This document shows, one piece after another, positions 50,236-62,915 of a stretch of 64,000 nt of DNA (position 1 is its first letter; each line of letters begins with the position of its first letter). This DNA comes from Octopus vulgaris. Taxonomy: Eukaryota. The position numbers and the translations under genes were made by a program. The notes under the pieces are model-generated. The model made no database searches. It saw only the letters and a list, made by a program, of their open reading frames with translations, and was not told the DNA's origin. Location: NCBI GenBank assembly GCA_951406725.2, contig OX597816.1, forward strand, positions 117,180,001-117,244,000, read 5' to 3'.

Positions 50236-50238
<3 letters not shown>
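50052..50238 (-). mobile_element. RTE 3' end fragment (variant subfamily) in (TA)n
   Basis: (CAT)n cgtttaacgtccgttttccgcactagcacgggttggacgg. Confidence 0.88.
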
Positions 50239-50283
<45 letters not shown>

Positions 50284-50749
50284 TGCATATGTACACACAT
50301 ACATATATGCATGAATACATTCATACATAGATATATACATAAATGAAGATGATTAGATACTGATAGTTTAATATATGCTACAAATGTTTCAATAGCATGC
50401 CAATTTATTTGCACTTAAGGAGTTACATCATTATTATTATATATGCTAAAATTACCATCAAATTTTCTCCATGTGAGGTCTTAAAGAGACATTCTTTTAG
50501 TCATTCAGATTCAACTCCAATGTCATTTCCACCACAATATTTCATCCACCAGCACCACAGTCTTTAGGCAATAGCTCATCAACCAGAAATAGCAGTGAAC
50601 TCTCACTTGAACCACACCATACTACCTTTGAAAGAGAGGTTCATTAGATATTGTAGCTCTAGAGAAATAATGTTCGTGAGAAGGATTAAGATGGTCATGG
50701 GTGGAATGCATTCAATGAGACTAAACAACTACAGCATCAGAAGTATTAT

Positions 50750-50791
<42 letters not shown>

Positions 50792-51889
50792 TCTCTATCT
50801 TTATCACTCAATCTATCTATCTATCTCTATCTCTTATGGAATCCTTTTGCTTACAATTTATTTATATTCTCCAAGTAACTTCAAACTATCCTTTACCAAA
50901 CTTTATCTCAAGCAACATTTTCTTCTGAAAAATTTTCTTGGGAGGACATTTCTTAAAAAAACTATAAAATTAAAAATTAGTCTGTGCGGATGTTGTGAAG
51001 ATATTAGTCATTTTTAATATTATTGTTGTTTTGTGTGTTCCTGATCAGTTCTGTTCAAGCAAAAATCTATAGTATGGTGGTAGGTGGTTTCATAAATCAT
51101 CCCAACCAACCCTATGTCTATTCATAACCATTTATTTATTTATACATTGTATGTAGGACTTAAAGACACATTCTCATTCAAAAAAGAGTATTGATAAAAT
51201 CATTTGAGCACTGGACAAAATGTTTGTGGCATCCAGTCACAAGCCCTTACATTCTAAGTTCAAATTACACCAGGGTCTGCTTTGCTTTTTATCCTTTGGT
51301 GCAGATAGGGGTGATAAAATTAAGTAATAGTGAAGTACTAGTATTGGTTTAATTTTCTCTAAAACAGCCATGGGCAAACTACAGCTCATGGGTTAGCTGC
51401 AGACTTTCTGAATGGCATACCTTTTAGTTGTGCAGTCCACATGATGATGAGCTATATTTCCTGCAGCACACAACTCAAAAAAGGTTGCCCAACCTGTTCT
51501 AAAGCTTTCTAGATGTGAATGGAGTTGTAACAGAAAAGAAGAGAGTTCAGTGGTGGTATTATTGCATAGATTGGAAGATGCATTTGGATTTGTAGCCATC
51601 TATGTTACAAAATATGTGTCTGATTCTTTCTAATGTCAATTTTTTAGTTTTTCTCAAAAGTAAGTTTGTAATCCATTGGTAAAATCCCTCTTCACATCTT
51701 AGCATTTAGGTCAGTTCTTCCTTTCATTTACATTTTCTTTACTTTCTTTAATCCTTATAGATCAAATGTTCTTTTAACTCATTTCTTACCAATTAAATAC
51801 TCTGATATCATTAGATACCAGGAAAAAATTCACCAGTTGTTTCTATAAGATGGCTGGCTCATGACCAACTATAGCAGTTGTTGGTAACT

Positions 51890-54000
51890 TAACTTAGATA
51901 ACTTAGATTGGTTTTGGCTATTATCAGCCCAGGACATGACTAATGCAATAGCACCACCTGGAAAAGTCTTTTAATTAATTATTTTGGGACACCATGGACC
52001 ACTCAAGCAGAGAGTTGTTGTTGGCTGAGACATATCCAGGTTTAAGTGGCTTATCCTATATTTCCTGGAGGAATTTTACCAGGTACCACTTGAAAGTTGT
52101 TGGGTCTTTTTCTACTTTAATTTCTTTCAGGATAACATTGAAAAGAGCAGGACCATTTGCACTGAAGAAATTGTGTCACAATGTTCTTATGTGATGTGAT
52201 CTCAACATTTGTAGGAGGCACATTGCACAGGGTCCTAGTCTTGGGTGAATTCTAAACATAATACTGATATCATTTGGATAATATTGGTGGAATATTTTCC
52301 ACATGGTGCAAATAATGTATCACTCACAATGGTATTGTAAAGAATAGAGCTTCAGCTGTTTAAGTCAAGCCCAATAATCAAGTCCTATCATGCCATTTAT
52401 TTTTTTAGTGATTGATCTTTGTGGCACTTTGGTCCTCATTATGTCTTGTTTTTTGTAGGGAGACCACAATGGGCAGCAGTATTTGAGGTGGGACCTAGCA
52501 AATGTGGTGAAGAGAAGGATGATGGTTTTATGATACCTAAATTGAAAAGTTCTGAAGATCTATGAGCACATTCTGTGGGCAACATCAACATTTTTGTTGA
52601 TGTGCACACTGCAGCTAAGGTAGCTGCTGACAATTACACCTAAGTCTCTGATATTATCCAACAGTTCAAGTAGGTCTCCTGACAGTAGTGTATATGGTTG
52701 TTTGAGTGTGCCCTCTTTTCCAAAGTGGATGAGCTCAAATTTTTCTTTGTTCAACTGCATACTGTTTTTTTTTTGTACCCACTAGGTTACTGCACAAAGA
52801 TCCGATTGAAGCATTGTTCAATCATATGCTCCCTTAATGACTTTCTGAAGTTTAGAGTCATCTGCAAATATTTTAATGGTGCTATGTTCAATGGAATCTG
52901 CAATATCATTGACATAGACAATAAAAAGAAGTGGACCCAGCACAGTACCCTGTGGGATTCCATTGATGACTTTTGCTGGTCTTGAGTGGATGCCATCAAC
53001 CACAACATGCTGGGTCCTGTTTGTTAGGAAATACTTAATCCATTGAAGTAACTTTCCACCAACTCCAGCATTGGATAGTTTCCTTAACAGTGTATTGAGG
53101 TCGACTCTGTCAAAGACCATGCTGAAATTAAGGTATATGACATCAGCATTGGTGAAGGAGCTGTGTTAGACAGTCCCTCCCACCACGCCATGCTGGTTGC
53201 AATTGAGATGATTTTGCTTTTGCTCTAGGAAAGCTGTTATTCTTGATCTCAACACTCTCTCAAATATTTTGATATGTGAGGTGAGTGAGATTGGATGATA
53301 GTTTACTGGGGGCAATTTATTCCTTTTTTTTAAAGATAGTAACGACTAACTGGGAGAGAAGGTTTTTTATTCTCTTGATGAGTGCTTTTCATTGTTTTGG
53401 AATCCTGCATTTATTGTTATTTATGAGGCGTGAGGGCGTATGTTTTGAGCACATGTGGGTGACTGTCTTCAAATAGGTGCCATGCATTTGAGTTTGTTAT
53501 GGTATTAGAGGAAGCCAGAGTGAAGGACCAGCCCACTTGCAATAAGTCTTCAGTGATCGCACTCCAGTTTGACTTGTATAAATTCATATTATCAAATGGA
53601 TGCACTGGAGTTAGTGATTTATGCCAAATTTTTGGATGCTGAAGATTGATTGAGGTTACAGAGTACTATGTCATGATCAGACAGGAGGGTTCTTTCCACT
53701 GTGATGTTATGGATACTGTTAGCATGATTGCTTAACGCTAGATCCAAGACACTTTGGTTGTTTCTGGTTGGTTCATGGATAAGTTGTGACAGGAAAAAAT
53801 TATCCATAAATTTGAAAAGTAACTCCACTACTGCTTTGTCTGAGCTTGAGGTGAAGGTTCTTGGTCTAACAATATTAGTGGACCAATCTACAGAGGGTAG
53901 GTTAAAGTCGCCCATTATCAGAATATTTCCTGGATTACATTGCAGGAGGAAAGATTTGATCTTCTCAAGGCACTCTTGAAAATAGTGTAAGAGTGCTTAC
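51890..54000 (-). mobile_element. decayed CR1/L2-like LINE (APE endonuclease and RT, internally deleted)
   Basis: EN: MGDFNLPSVDW...EPTRNNQSVLDL...LSDHDIV (53619-53915); RT: FDRVD...GIPQGTVLGPLLFIVYVND...FADDSKL (52818-53120); DLGVIV; atctaagtt-type tail. Confidence 0.88.
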
Positions 54001-54729
54001 TATATAGAGAAGAATTTTAATCTGATTAGAATTAACTTGTACCAGTTATACACTGAGTGCATATAATGAATTAATCAAGAAGTATAAAAGTTGTCCTCAT
54101 TTCTATGTGGGTCATCATAGGAGGGTTTGGATGTTGTTCATGGCAACAGGTAGTAGAATCTTTCCACAACCACCACCAAACATTACTCTCTATCCCTGCT
54201 GCTACTACAACTACTACTAAAATCATTATACTACACCCCCAGCACTCTATTTCTCTTGCTTCTAAACCCCTCTCTTCTGCTGCTGCTGCTACATCAACAC
54301 CAACTATTCCCACCACCAGCATTATAGAATCCCACCCCACTACTACTACTATTACTACCACTGCCTCAACTACTGCTGCTGTTGTTGCTAGTTTATTAGG
54401 GTTCACCTCTTCTGATGGTTTGTAATAATAGAAGCCTCAAAGCTTGCATTGACATATGAATTTATCATTCTAGTATAATCTGTAAAATTCAAGAAAGGCA
54501 AATAGTAGTGTGTGTTAGTGAGAGTTGTTCCCAAGAGGAGGTTCCTTCTTTGTTTTTTTTTACATAGTAAGAAAGAGAGGGGAGTGCTCCTTCATAGTCA
54601 CTTGACCTGCTCAATATTCACCTCCTTTGACAAACTCCATATCTCTTTTAAATGGGAATGAGTTTAAGTCCTATGTACACCATATAAATAAACAAATGAC
54701 TATAGCTACATCTGATGTTGATTTTTGAG

Positions 54730-55124
54730 TGTCTGACAAAATGCCTTATGTTATTTTTTCCAGTTTTTTTACATTCCAAGTTCAAATTTCACTGAGATCA
54801 ACTTTGCCTTTAAGCCTTTCAGAACAGATAAAATAAAGTACCAGTTAAATAATGGTGCCTAATCAATCAACTAAGCCCTCCCACTAAATTATAAAGAATA
54901 ACAATAATATCAATACAAATCGTCATTATTATTATTGTAGTATTTACATTCTGAGTTCAAATTCACCAAGGTGAACTTTGCATTTCATCATTCCAGGGTC
55001 AATAAAACATAATGAAATAATTACTAGGGTTGATTTAATCAACTATCCCCCTCCCTACAAATTTCTGGCATTGTGCCTATATTAGGAAGGACTATGGTGG
55101 TGGTGGTGGTGGTGGTGGTGGTGG

Positions 55125-55180
<56 letters not shown>
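54730..55180 (+). mobile_element. two tandem family B SINEs followed by a (GGT)n(AGT)n tract
   Basis: gttcaaatttcactgagatcaactttgcc and gagttcaaattcaccaaggtgaactttgcatttcatcattccagggtc. Confidence 0.75.
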
Positions 55181-55181
<1 letters not shown>

Positions 55182-56398
55182 AACATGGATTATTATAGTT
55201 TCTATCAATAATACCATAATCTTGATATTCTTACATAAAAATATCCTACAACCAACTTTAAAATCAGGGTCATTTGTTTTAAAGCCCCTAAATCTTTGGA
55301 TGCATACCCCGCCCCCCACCTTCAGTAAAGATACAATGACCAGAGTCTAGCCACTAGTTAAACACTCAAGTTCAATCTGAAATTATATGCTAACTTGCCC
55401 TCAGTCATCATATCAGAGCAACAACTTTGGCCACCTTTTTTAATTCAATATCAGTACCACTCATTAGCATTCTTATTAAATCAAAAATTAGTGTAGCACC
55501 CATGACTTCTGGAAACAGTTTTACATGCTCAGAATTGTTGAAGCATAGAATAAATGACCTGTGTCAGTTATTAGCTGTCAAGGCACTGCATTCTTAAAAA
55601 ATTCCATGCTTCCTGAAATTTGCCAACAGTACTGGTGACGTATTTATACACTCTTTCCTTTTTATGGTTCTTTTCCATCTTGTGTTTTATCTTTTGGCTA
55701 TCATAGCTGACTTTCTTCACTTCACTTATTGCTGCTTTCTATCCCTTCTTTTAACTTTTTCTGATGGGCTATAGTACACCTGAACACTGAAAGATAATAA
55801 ACAGGCAGAATTGTTAGTATGTCAGACACAATGTTTTGCGGTATTTCTTCTGACTCTTTACATTTTGAGTTCAAATCCACCAAGGTCAACTTTGTATTTT
55901 ACATAGAGCATTGAACATTGGCTTCAGGGTTTTCAACACTGCTAACTTTACTTTCCTTATTTAAAAGACCCAGTATTAATATTAATGTGTTTAAACTAGG
56001 ATTCAATTTCTGACTGATTTAAAAAAAAAAAAGATCGCTAGAAACCCTTGTCATTTCATTTGCCTCAACTAATTTGTACTTTTGCCACCCTCTTTTGAAC
56101 AAGCTCTTCACACAAAGTAATGAACAATACCAGTTTTAAATATCTGAATTCATGAAATCCCTCAAATCCCCAAAATATGCTAAATGACAATTGTGGCTTT
56201 GCCTAAGCTGATAAAAAATTCTAGTCATAGCAGTGGTCACTGTCTAGTCATAGCAATCAATACTATCCATCTTTAATGTCTTCAACAAAAAGTGGATGAA
56301 GTTTTAACCTAGCTCTAGGAAAACAACATGTCACTGTGGCGTTTTTTGTGAGAGACAAACATATGTGTGGCTGTGACAGTTATTTGATAACCATGATT

Positions 56399-56488
56399 GT
56401 AGTGACACATATGTCAGCTACTGAACAGCAGTCACAACAACACTTGAGTCGTGACTGCTGTTCAGTAGCTGATATATGTGTCACAACA
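56399..56488. repeat. near-perfect hairpin, ~37-bp stem
   Basis: gtgacacatatgtcagctactgaacagcagtcac / gtgactgctgttcagtagctgatatatgtgtcac with a ~15-nt loop. Confidence 0.92.
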
Positions 56489-56862
56489 ACAGTTACTTGA
56501 CAGATAACATATGTGTGGCTATAGCTGCTAAAGAGTTAAGAATCAGAGGAAGAGAATGTTGTCCCAATAAGATACCCTAATGCTGCAAAGCTATTTTCTT
56601 TGAAAAACGGTACAATGGTTGAAGTATTAGAGAAAAATCACACATTTGTGCAGATAAAAGAATCAACATATCTAGTGACTCCACAGCAAACTGCAATACC
56701 TTTGACTCTCAGTTTATATTCACAAACACACGCAGGCAGGTGTGTGCATGCACACACACACAAATAAGTGTTTTCTCAATGCTTACTCTAGTTAGAATTT
56801 TTCAAAATTTAGCAAACACATCAAAACCGCCACTTCTTCAGACCAAAACAAAAGATCTGCAT

Positions 56863-57176
56863 CAATGGACACCAACCATTTTTTACATCATGGACCAGTT
56901 TCATGCAAGACAATATTCCCACACACTGGAGGAATTAAATGCTTTTATTATTGTTACAGTTAGCTAGTGGGCTTAAGATATTGGTGCATACAGAAACCTG
57001 TGACAGGAAAGAGGCTCAGACAAAAGTGGTAGGTTTTTGAAAATAAAACATCCTACAGACTGTGATGATCAACAAAACAGAAATAAAATTTAGAACTTAT
57101 TCCTTCTGTGTGGCCCAGTATCATATGGTCCATGGCCCAGTAGCGGTCTGCAGCCTGGTGGTTGGAGACCCCACTG
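56863..57176. mobile_element. hAT-type MITE (degenerate)
   Basis: Ends caatggacaccaacc / ggttggagaccccactg; internal ggaccagtttc and ggcccagtagcggtctgcagcc. Confidence 0.55.
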
Positions 57177-57839
57177 GTCCAGGTGACATTCCATCCATCA
57201 CCTCACCCCCAAAACCAAACTGTTAAACTCTTTTCCAACTTCTCCCAAGCTGTGTCATCTTTATCCCCCCCCCCCCCAAAAAAAAAGCTTCAGTTCTGGA
57301 ACATTGAAAACACAGAACATATCTGTATACTTTGTTCACAAAACAAATAACTGTTCTGACTGATTGAGCTTTCAATGTCATTTGCTTTCAATTCAACAAT
57401 ATCTAAGATGCCGTAGATGATAATATACCTTTTCAACACCTTAAACCACCATCATATTTTTATGTGATTTTTAAAAAGTCAATCATTGTACTCCAGTTGC
57501 CCTTTGCTACTCTAGATAGTTTTCATTCAAATCTGGATAAAACCCTGAACAAATTCACAGTTTTTAAAACTAGTTCTTGAATAAATATCATCATAACTGT
57601 TACCTGTATGTCAGTGTCATTAAAAGGAGCTCTTCATCTACTATTTTATTGCTCAGGTATTTGTCAAGAATCTGTAATTTCTGTGAATTGCTCTCTTATG
57701 TCAATGGCCTTCTTACAGACACTTTCAGCCAAATACTTCCCTAATTTCCACCTTCCCATTCCATTAATATTGTTTCAACTCATCAAATACAGAATCCAAA
57801 GACTCTGTTGTTGGTTGTGTCAGCAAAAGTAATCTAATG

Positions 57840-59300
57840 GAATAAAAGTATATTAAAAATAAAAGTAAAGTCAGAATCTTAAGGTGTGTAGACAAAAAAA
57901 AAAAGAAAAGGGAAATTATCAATGTTTCAAGCATAAACCTTTTTCTAAGATTGAAAGGAAAGAAATTAAGAAAAAGAGAAAAGGAGAAATGTATGTGTAG
58001 GGTTTCAGTGAGTCATGATGGTAATAGATGATAGAAGTGGATTGTTGGGGGTGTGGATTTTGAGTAAAGGAGAGTGGTGAGTAGAGATGATTGTTGAGAA
58101 AATGTCAGTAATGCACAAAAAGAAAATGGGAGGAGAGTAAACAGTTTCAGATAAGTGTTGATAAATATGCTAACGTGTGTGTGTGTGTATGTGAGCACGT
58201 GCGAGTGCATGCACATGAACAAGTGAGTGGAAGACTCAAACGACTTGAGTATATGTAGAGAAGGAAATAGAGAAAAAGTAATCAATTGTTAGCTCCAGCT
58301 GGAAGAAACACCTCCAAAATAAAAAGGAATTGTTGTTCAGGAAGGAATCAAAGGATGGGTGTACCTCCAGAGTTAGAATGGACCAAACATTGAAAATGGG
58401 TATGGTAGGAATGGCCCATAGAATTGAAATGTTTTTAACAGGCTTAAGACATTTGGGTTTGTTACATTACACATCAAGCAATTATTATTTGAATTGAAAT
58501 GCCAGCACACAGCCCCTTTCACCTACCTATATACAATGTATCCCCAAAGTTGGCATTTTATGCAATAAGTAATATTACTGGAGCTATAGATGAAATGGTC
58601 CACAAGTTGGAAAATAAACCTAAGACTATGCACAGTAGTGACACTAGGAATAAAAAGTTAAGTGTTACTACAGGTGGATATTGTAACAAGAACAAATGGC
58701 TGTTCCAGGCTGGATATAGCTGGGGCTGAAACAACTACTAACCAAAGGAGGATTAGTTTGTGATCACACCAAAAGGAGAGGAGAAATTAATGTGCAAGTG
58801 GCTGAGCAGTCCACAGACACATGTACCCTTAACATAGTTCTCATGGAGATCCAGCATGACACAGAATGTGACAAGGCTGGCCCTTTGAAAGACAGGTATT
58901 ATTCACTTTTGCCAAGTGAGTGAACTGGAGCAATGTGAAATAAAGTGTCTTACTCAAGGACACAACACTTTGCCAGGAATCGAACTCACAACCTTACAAG
59001 CTGAATACCCTAACCAGAGTAGGAATGACCCCATGCAAAAATGGAGTGAAGTATTTGGTTGGACTTTGCCTCAGAATTAGTCTAAGCTGAAGATGCACCA
59101 GAGATGGAGGAATTGTGATAATAAGATAAATGATTTGGTGTAGATAGGGTGTGAGGAGGAGAAATTTTAAGATGAGTTGGAATTAGTAGATTTGTAAAAG
59201 ATGAATGTGGAGAGATAAAGGTGATCAGTGGAAATAGAGGTATCTGAGAAATTGATTAAGGTATCAGAGATGGTAACTGACTGGTTATTGTTGGACAAAG
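57840..59300 (-). mobile_element. decayed Penelope-like element (Neptune-type) with a SINE at 58785-59015
   Basis: Frameshifted SSHPIYTKSFILLSQFLHL and DHFIYSSSNITYCIKCQL..TLYIG...KPV.KHFNSMGHS (GIY-YIG). Confidence 0.7.
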
Positions 59301-59799
59301 AGTATAATCTACTGAACAGTCTCTGTTATATTACTAATATTTATTTTGTCGACACTAGTAACCTGGAGTGTAAAATAGCTTCCAACAGAATTTCAACATA
59401 AAACATAGAAGGAAGAAGCTAAATATTGTAATAGATTTACTGTTGGTTCTCAACTGTCTTAATTAGCTACATCACCCATCATGAAATTTATTACTGTATT
59501 TTCTAGCATTCAAGTTAGACTCTTCAGACAAAATAGGTAGATTAACTTATACATGAAGATGACTTTGGAAGACCAAAACTTCCATGTGAAATGCAGCAGG
59601 ATTTGGCAAGATATTAACAATGTCTGAATTGCATTTCGTGTTTACACTATATACTGCATCAACTTGAATGCCAGAAAATATGGTACTACACACAGCAAAA
59701 AAAATCATAATTGATCAAAACAAATTATTCAAATGACAATTTAAGTGGGTGAGATTCTTTTTGTTAACATTTTTTCTATTTTAATATTTTCTAATGGTT

Positions 59800-59952
59800 A
59801 TTTCATTCTGAGTACAAATTCTGCTGAGGTCAACTTTGCTTTTCATCTTTTCGGGGTCAATAAATTAAGTACCAGTTGTGTACTGGGGTAAATTTAATCG
59901 ACTGGCCCCCTCGCCAAAAATTTTGAGCCTTGTGCCTAGAGTAGAAAAGAAT
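59800..59952 (+). mobile_element. family B SINE
   Basis: gaggtcaactttgcttttcatcttttcggggtcaataaattaagtaccagt. Confidence 0.85.
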
Positions 59953-60429
59953 ATTTTCTAATTGTTTTTTGTCTTTTCTGGAGAAAACCTGTTGTTTGTG
60001 AGTAATGTTATAAGATGTTGAATGACCTTTTATCTATAGTTTGGATAAATTGTGAAAAAAATAAACTAAAGGTATCATAAAGAGAGAAAGCAATAAAGTT
60101 TCTATACTAATTACGAAGCTGGTGTCAAAATGTTTAAAGTAATAAAGTCATTTCTACAATATCCTGTAGATTTTGCAAGTAATTCATTATGACATGACCA
60201 AATAAAAACAAATCTACTTTGCATAAAGAAACAAAAATATCAGAGACACTCAGAAAATATTTCACAACTTAAATATGTTTAGTGTTCAGAAGTTGGAAAA
60301 CGATAATAAATCAAAGAATAACTTGTTCTTAACTTAAAAATTTTAAGTGAAATGAACAGTTTTCTCAATGGAAATGCAACAGTATTGATTTTTGTGTTTT
60401 TTAAGCAGAAAACTTATTTGCCAGTGACC

Positions 60430-60730
60430 AAGTATTTCCTTTTAGTTGTTTTGGTCATTGAACTGCAGCCATGCTGGAGCACTGTTTCGTAGGGTTAGGT
60501 AAATCATCTTCAGTGCTAACTTTTAATATGCTAAGTTACACATACATGTAAATACACACACACATACACTCACACACACACCTACATGATGGGCTTCCTC
60601 TCAGTTTCTGTCTACCAAATTCACTCACAAGTTATTGATCAGCCTAAGACACTTGGCCAAGGTGCTACAGGTATAACTGAACTCGAAACCATGTAGTTGA
60701 TAAGCAAACTTCTTGACCACACAGCTATGC
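60430..60730 (-). mobile_element. family A SINE (degenerate)
   Basis: gcagccatgctggagcactg...gggcttcctctcagtttctgtctaccaaattcactcacaag. Confidence 0.75.
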
Positions 60731-60989
60731 AGTTATTTCATCAGCCCTAGAGCAATGGGTTTTAATCTCAGAATTGTAAAAGTGTGGTGGATTTCTCATT
60801 TTTTGATAATCTTCAGCATCCATAAGATATCCTGTAACTTATAGAATCAAAAGAGTACTTCTGGAAACATGATCTTCATGCAATGTGCCAAGAACAAGTA
60901 AACCTGTGGTAATTAGCCCATCCTTTTCCTAGTTATTTACTGCAGCTAAGTTCACAAGCATACTGTGTATGATTTTTGGTTAGCTATTA

Positions 60990-61933
60990 GACTTAGCAGC
61001 CAATTCTCCCTCAAATCACATCCTCCTGTTATTCATATTGGATAAAATATTCCAGGATTCACTATACCTGAAAAAAGAAGGGATTGTCATGGTTGGAATG
61101 TTTTTGATCATAGTCTGCTTGATCAGGGCCACCTTGAGGCAAGACAACAATAACAAGAACATTCAAACATACATAACATTTGTTTCTATTACAATGGACA
61201 TCTCTAGTACTTCAAATCACAATGATAAAACATAGAGAAATTGTGTATTTTGAACACAATACACTAGTATCTTACTAACAAATTAGTTGCTACATCACTT
61301 GTTAATTAAATATTGCAATCAATGTTATAATAATCAGCTTGCCTGACATTTGGTTATGGAGTTCAGACATAAAGAAAAACAAAGAGAAAAAAAGGATAAG
61401 GTGTTATAATCTGGTACTTGCCAAAAAGCATTCTTCTACATTGGTAATGAGATGACACAGAATCAAGTCTTTTATGCTTAAGAAGTTGACTGTCTCTTAA
61501 CTGTTGCAATAGCCTTGTGTATGCACACACATACATATGTATACATACACTTCCACATCCACGTATGTGTACCCTTGCAAATAAATGCTTTCAATAGTTC
61601 CTTTTCAAAACCATGATTGCTAAGGGTCTAGTCTTCATGAGTTGTGTTAAGTAGATGTGATATCATATATCTCTTTAGATAAGCTGCAAATCCATCATAT
61701 ATGTATTTTCCAGGAGGCCTAACTCTTATCATAAAACTAAGTGAGTAACATTTAAGGAAAGAAACTCATAACTAAGTTGAAACAGTTGACCCTAACTTGA
61801 AATATTACTGTTTTTCAATATTATTCAATAGCTTACAAAACCTAACTACTGTAAACAAAAAGAAGACTATAAGAGATTAACAGACATACCAAATTCTCAA
61901 TTTTCTACAGTATGACAGCGCTAATGATAACAG

Positions 61934-61968
<35 letters not shown>

Positions 61969-62915
61969 TGGGGTGGGGGAAGTAGAATTCACTGCTTGCA
62001 TAAAAGCATTTTTCTATATTGGAAATGACATGATACAAAACCAAGTCTGTATAACCATATGGTTCGACTGAAATATAATTAGGGTAGCATATCCATGCAT
62101 GGACATAGAGATACATATACTCTCATATTTACTCATATATATATGCACATGAGTCAGCAAGAAAGCATATACACAGCAGCCAAGTCTCCCTCAAAACATA
62201 CCCTACCATCTTAGAGAAAAGAAGACACATTGGATAACAGAGTTCTGAGATGCACTATACCTGAACAAAAAAAACAAGAGGGTACAATAGGAATGCTTTT
62301 GAACATAAGGTTGCTTGATTATGGCCATCTTGGGGCTAAACAGCAGCATACATAATATCACAGTGTCTGTTACTGCAGATATCACCACAGCTATAAATCA
62401 CAACAATGAAGATTCAGAGAAACCACTTGTTAATTAGATATTGCAATCAGTACTATAACCATCAGCTGGTCTATATTTTGATTATGTAGTGCAAATAAAA
62501 AGAGAGAAAAATAGGAAGAAAATAAGGAAGAAAGATAAAGAGTGCAAGGTAGTAGTAGAATTCAGTGCTAGCTTAAATGCAATATTCTCTATTGGAAATG
62601 ACATGATATACGAAACCAAGTCCATTAAGCATGAAAGGTTGACATTTTCTTAGCCATTATAACACTTAATGTATGCACACACATACGTATGTGTGTGCTT
62701 ACACACCAAAATATATACTCATGCATATTAATGCCTTCAATAGTTCCTTTTTTAAATCATGGGTGTTTATGAGGCAAGCTCTTTGATCCAAATTTTGTGT
62801 TAAGCAGATGTGAGGTGCATTTCCTTTCTGTATCTATCTGATATATTTTTTCAAAAATGTCTGACTCTAATTCTCAATTTAGGCAGGTAACATTTATATA
62901 AAGAAATACAGCAGA
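60990..62915. repeat. old tandem duplication with a core motif present three times
   Basis: 61210-61770 aligns by eye to 62395-62910; core copies at ~61405, ~61982 and ~62556. Confidence 0.8.

Noticed and set aside
54071-54425. Thr/Ser-rich mucin-like ORF and its antisense partner
   Set aside because: Degenerate (ACT)/(GCT)/(CCA) trinucleotide tract with no splice or domain support
55280-55800. third Penelope GIY-YIG fossil on the plus strand
   Set aside because: Too degenerate to call as a feature; only the hammerhead-like string is reported
57330-57830. possible decayed Helitron helicase on the minus strand
   Set aside because: Only faint motif resemblance (FYPDLNEN); not supportable by eye
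59550-59630. box C/D snoRNA candidate (atgaagatga...ctga)
   Set aside because: Non-canonical C box, no clear terminal stem and no rRNA complement that I recognise
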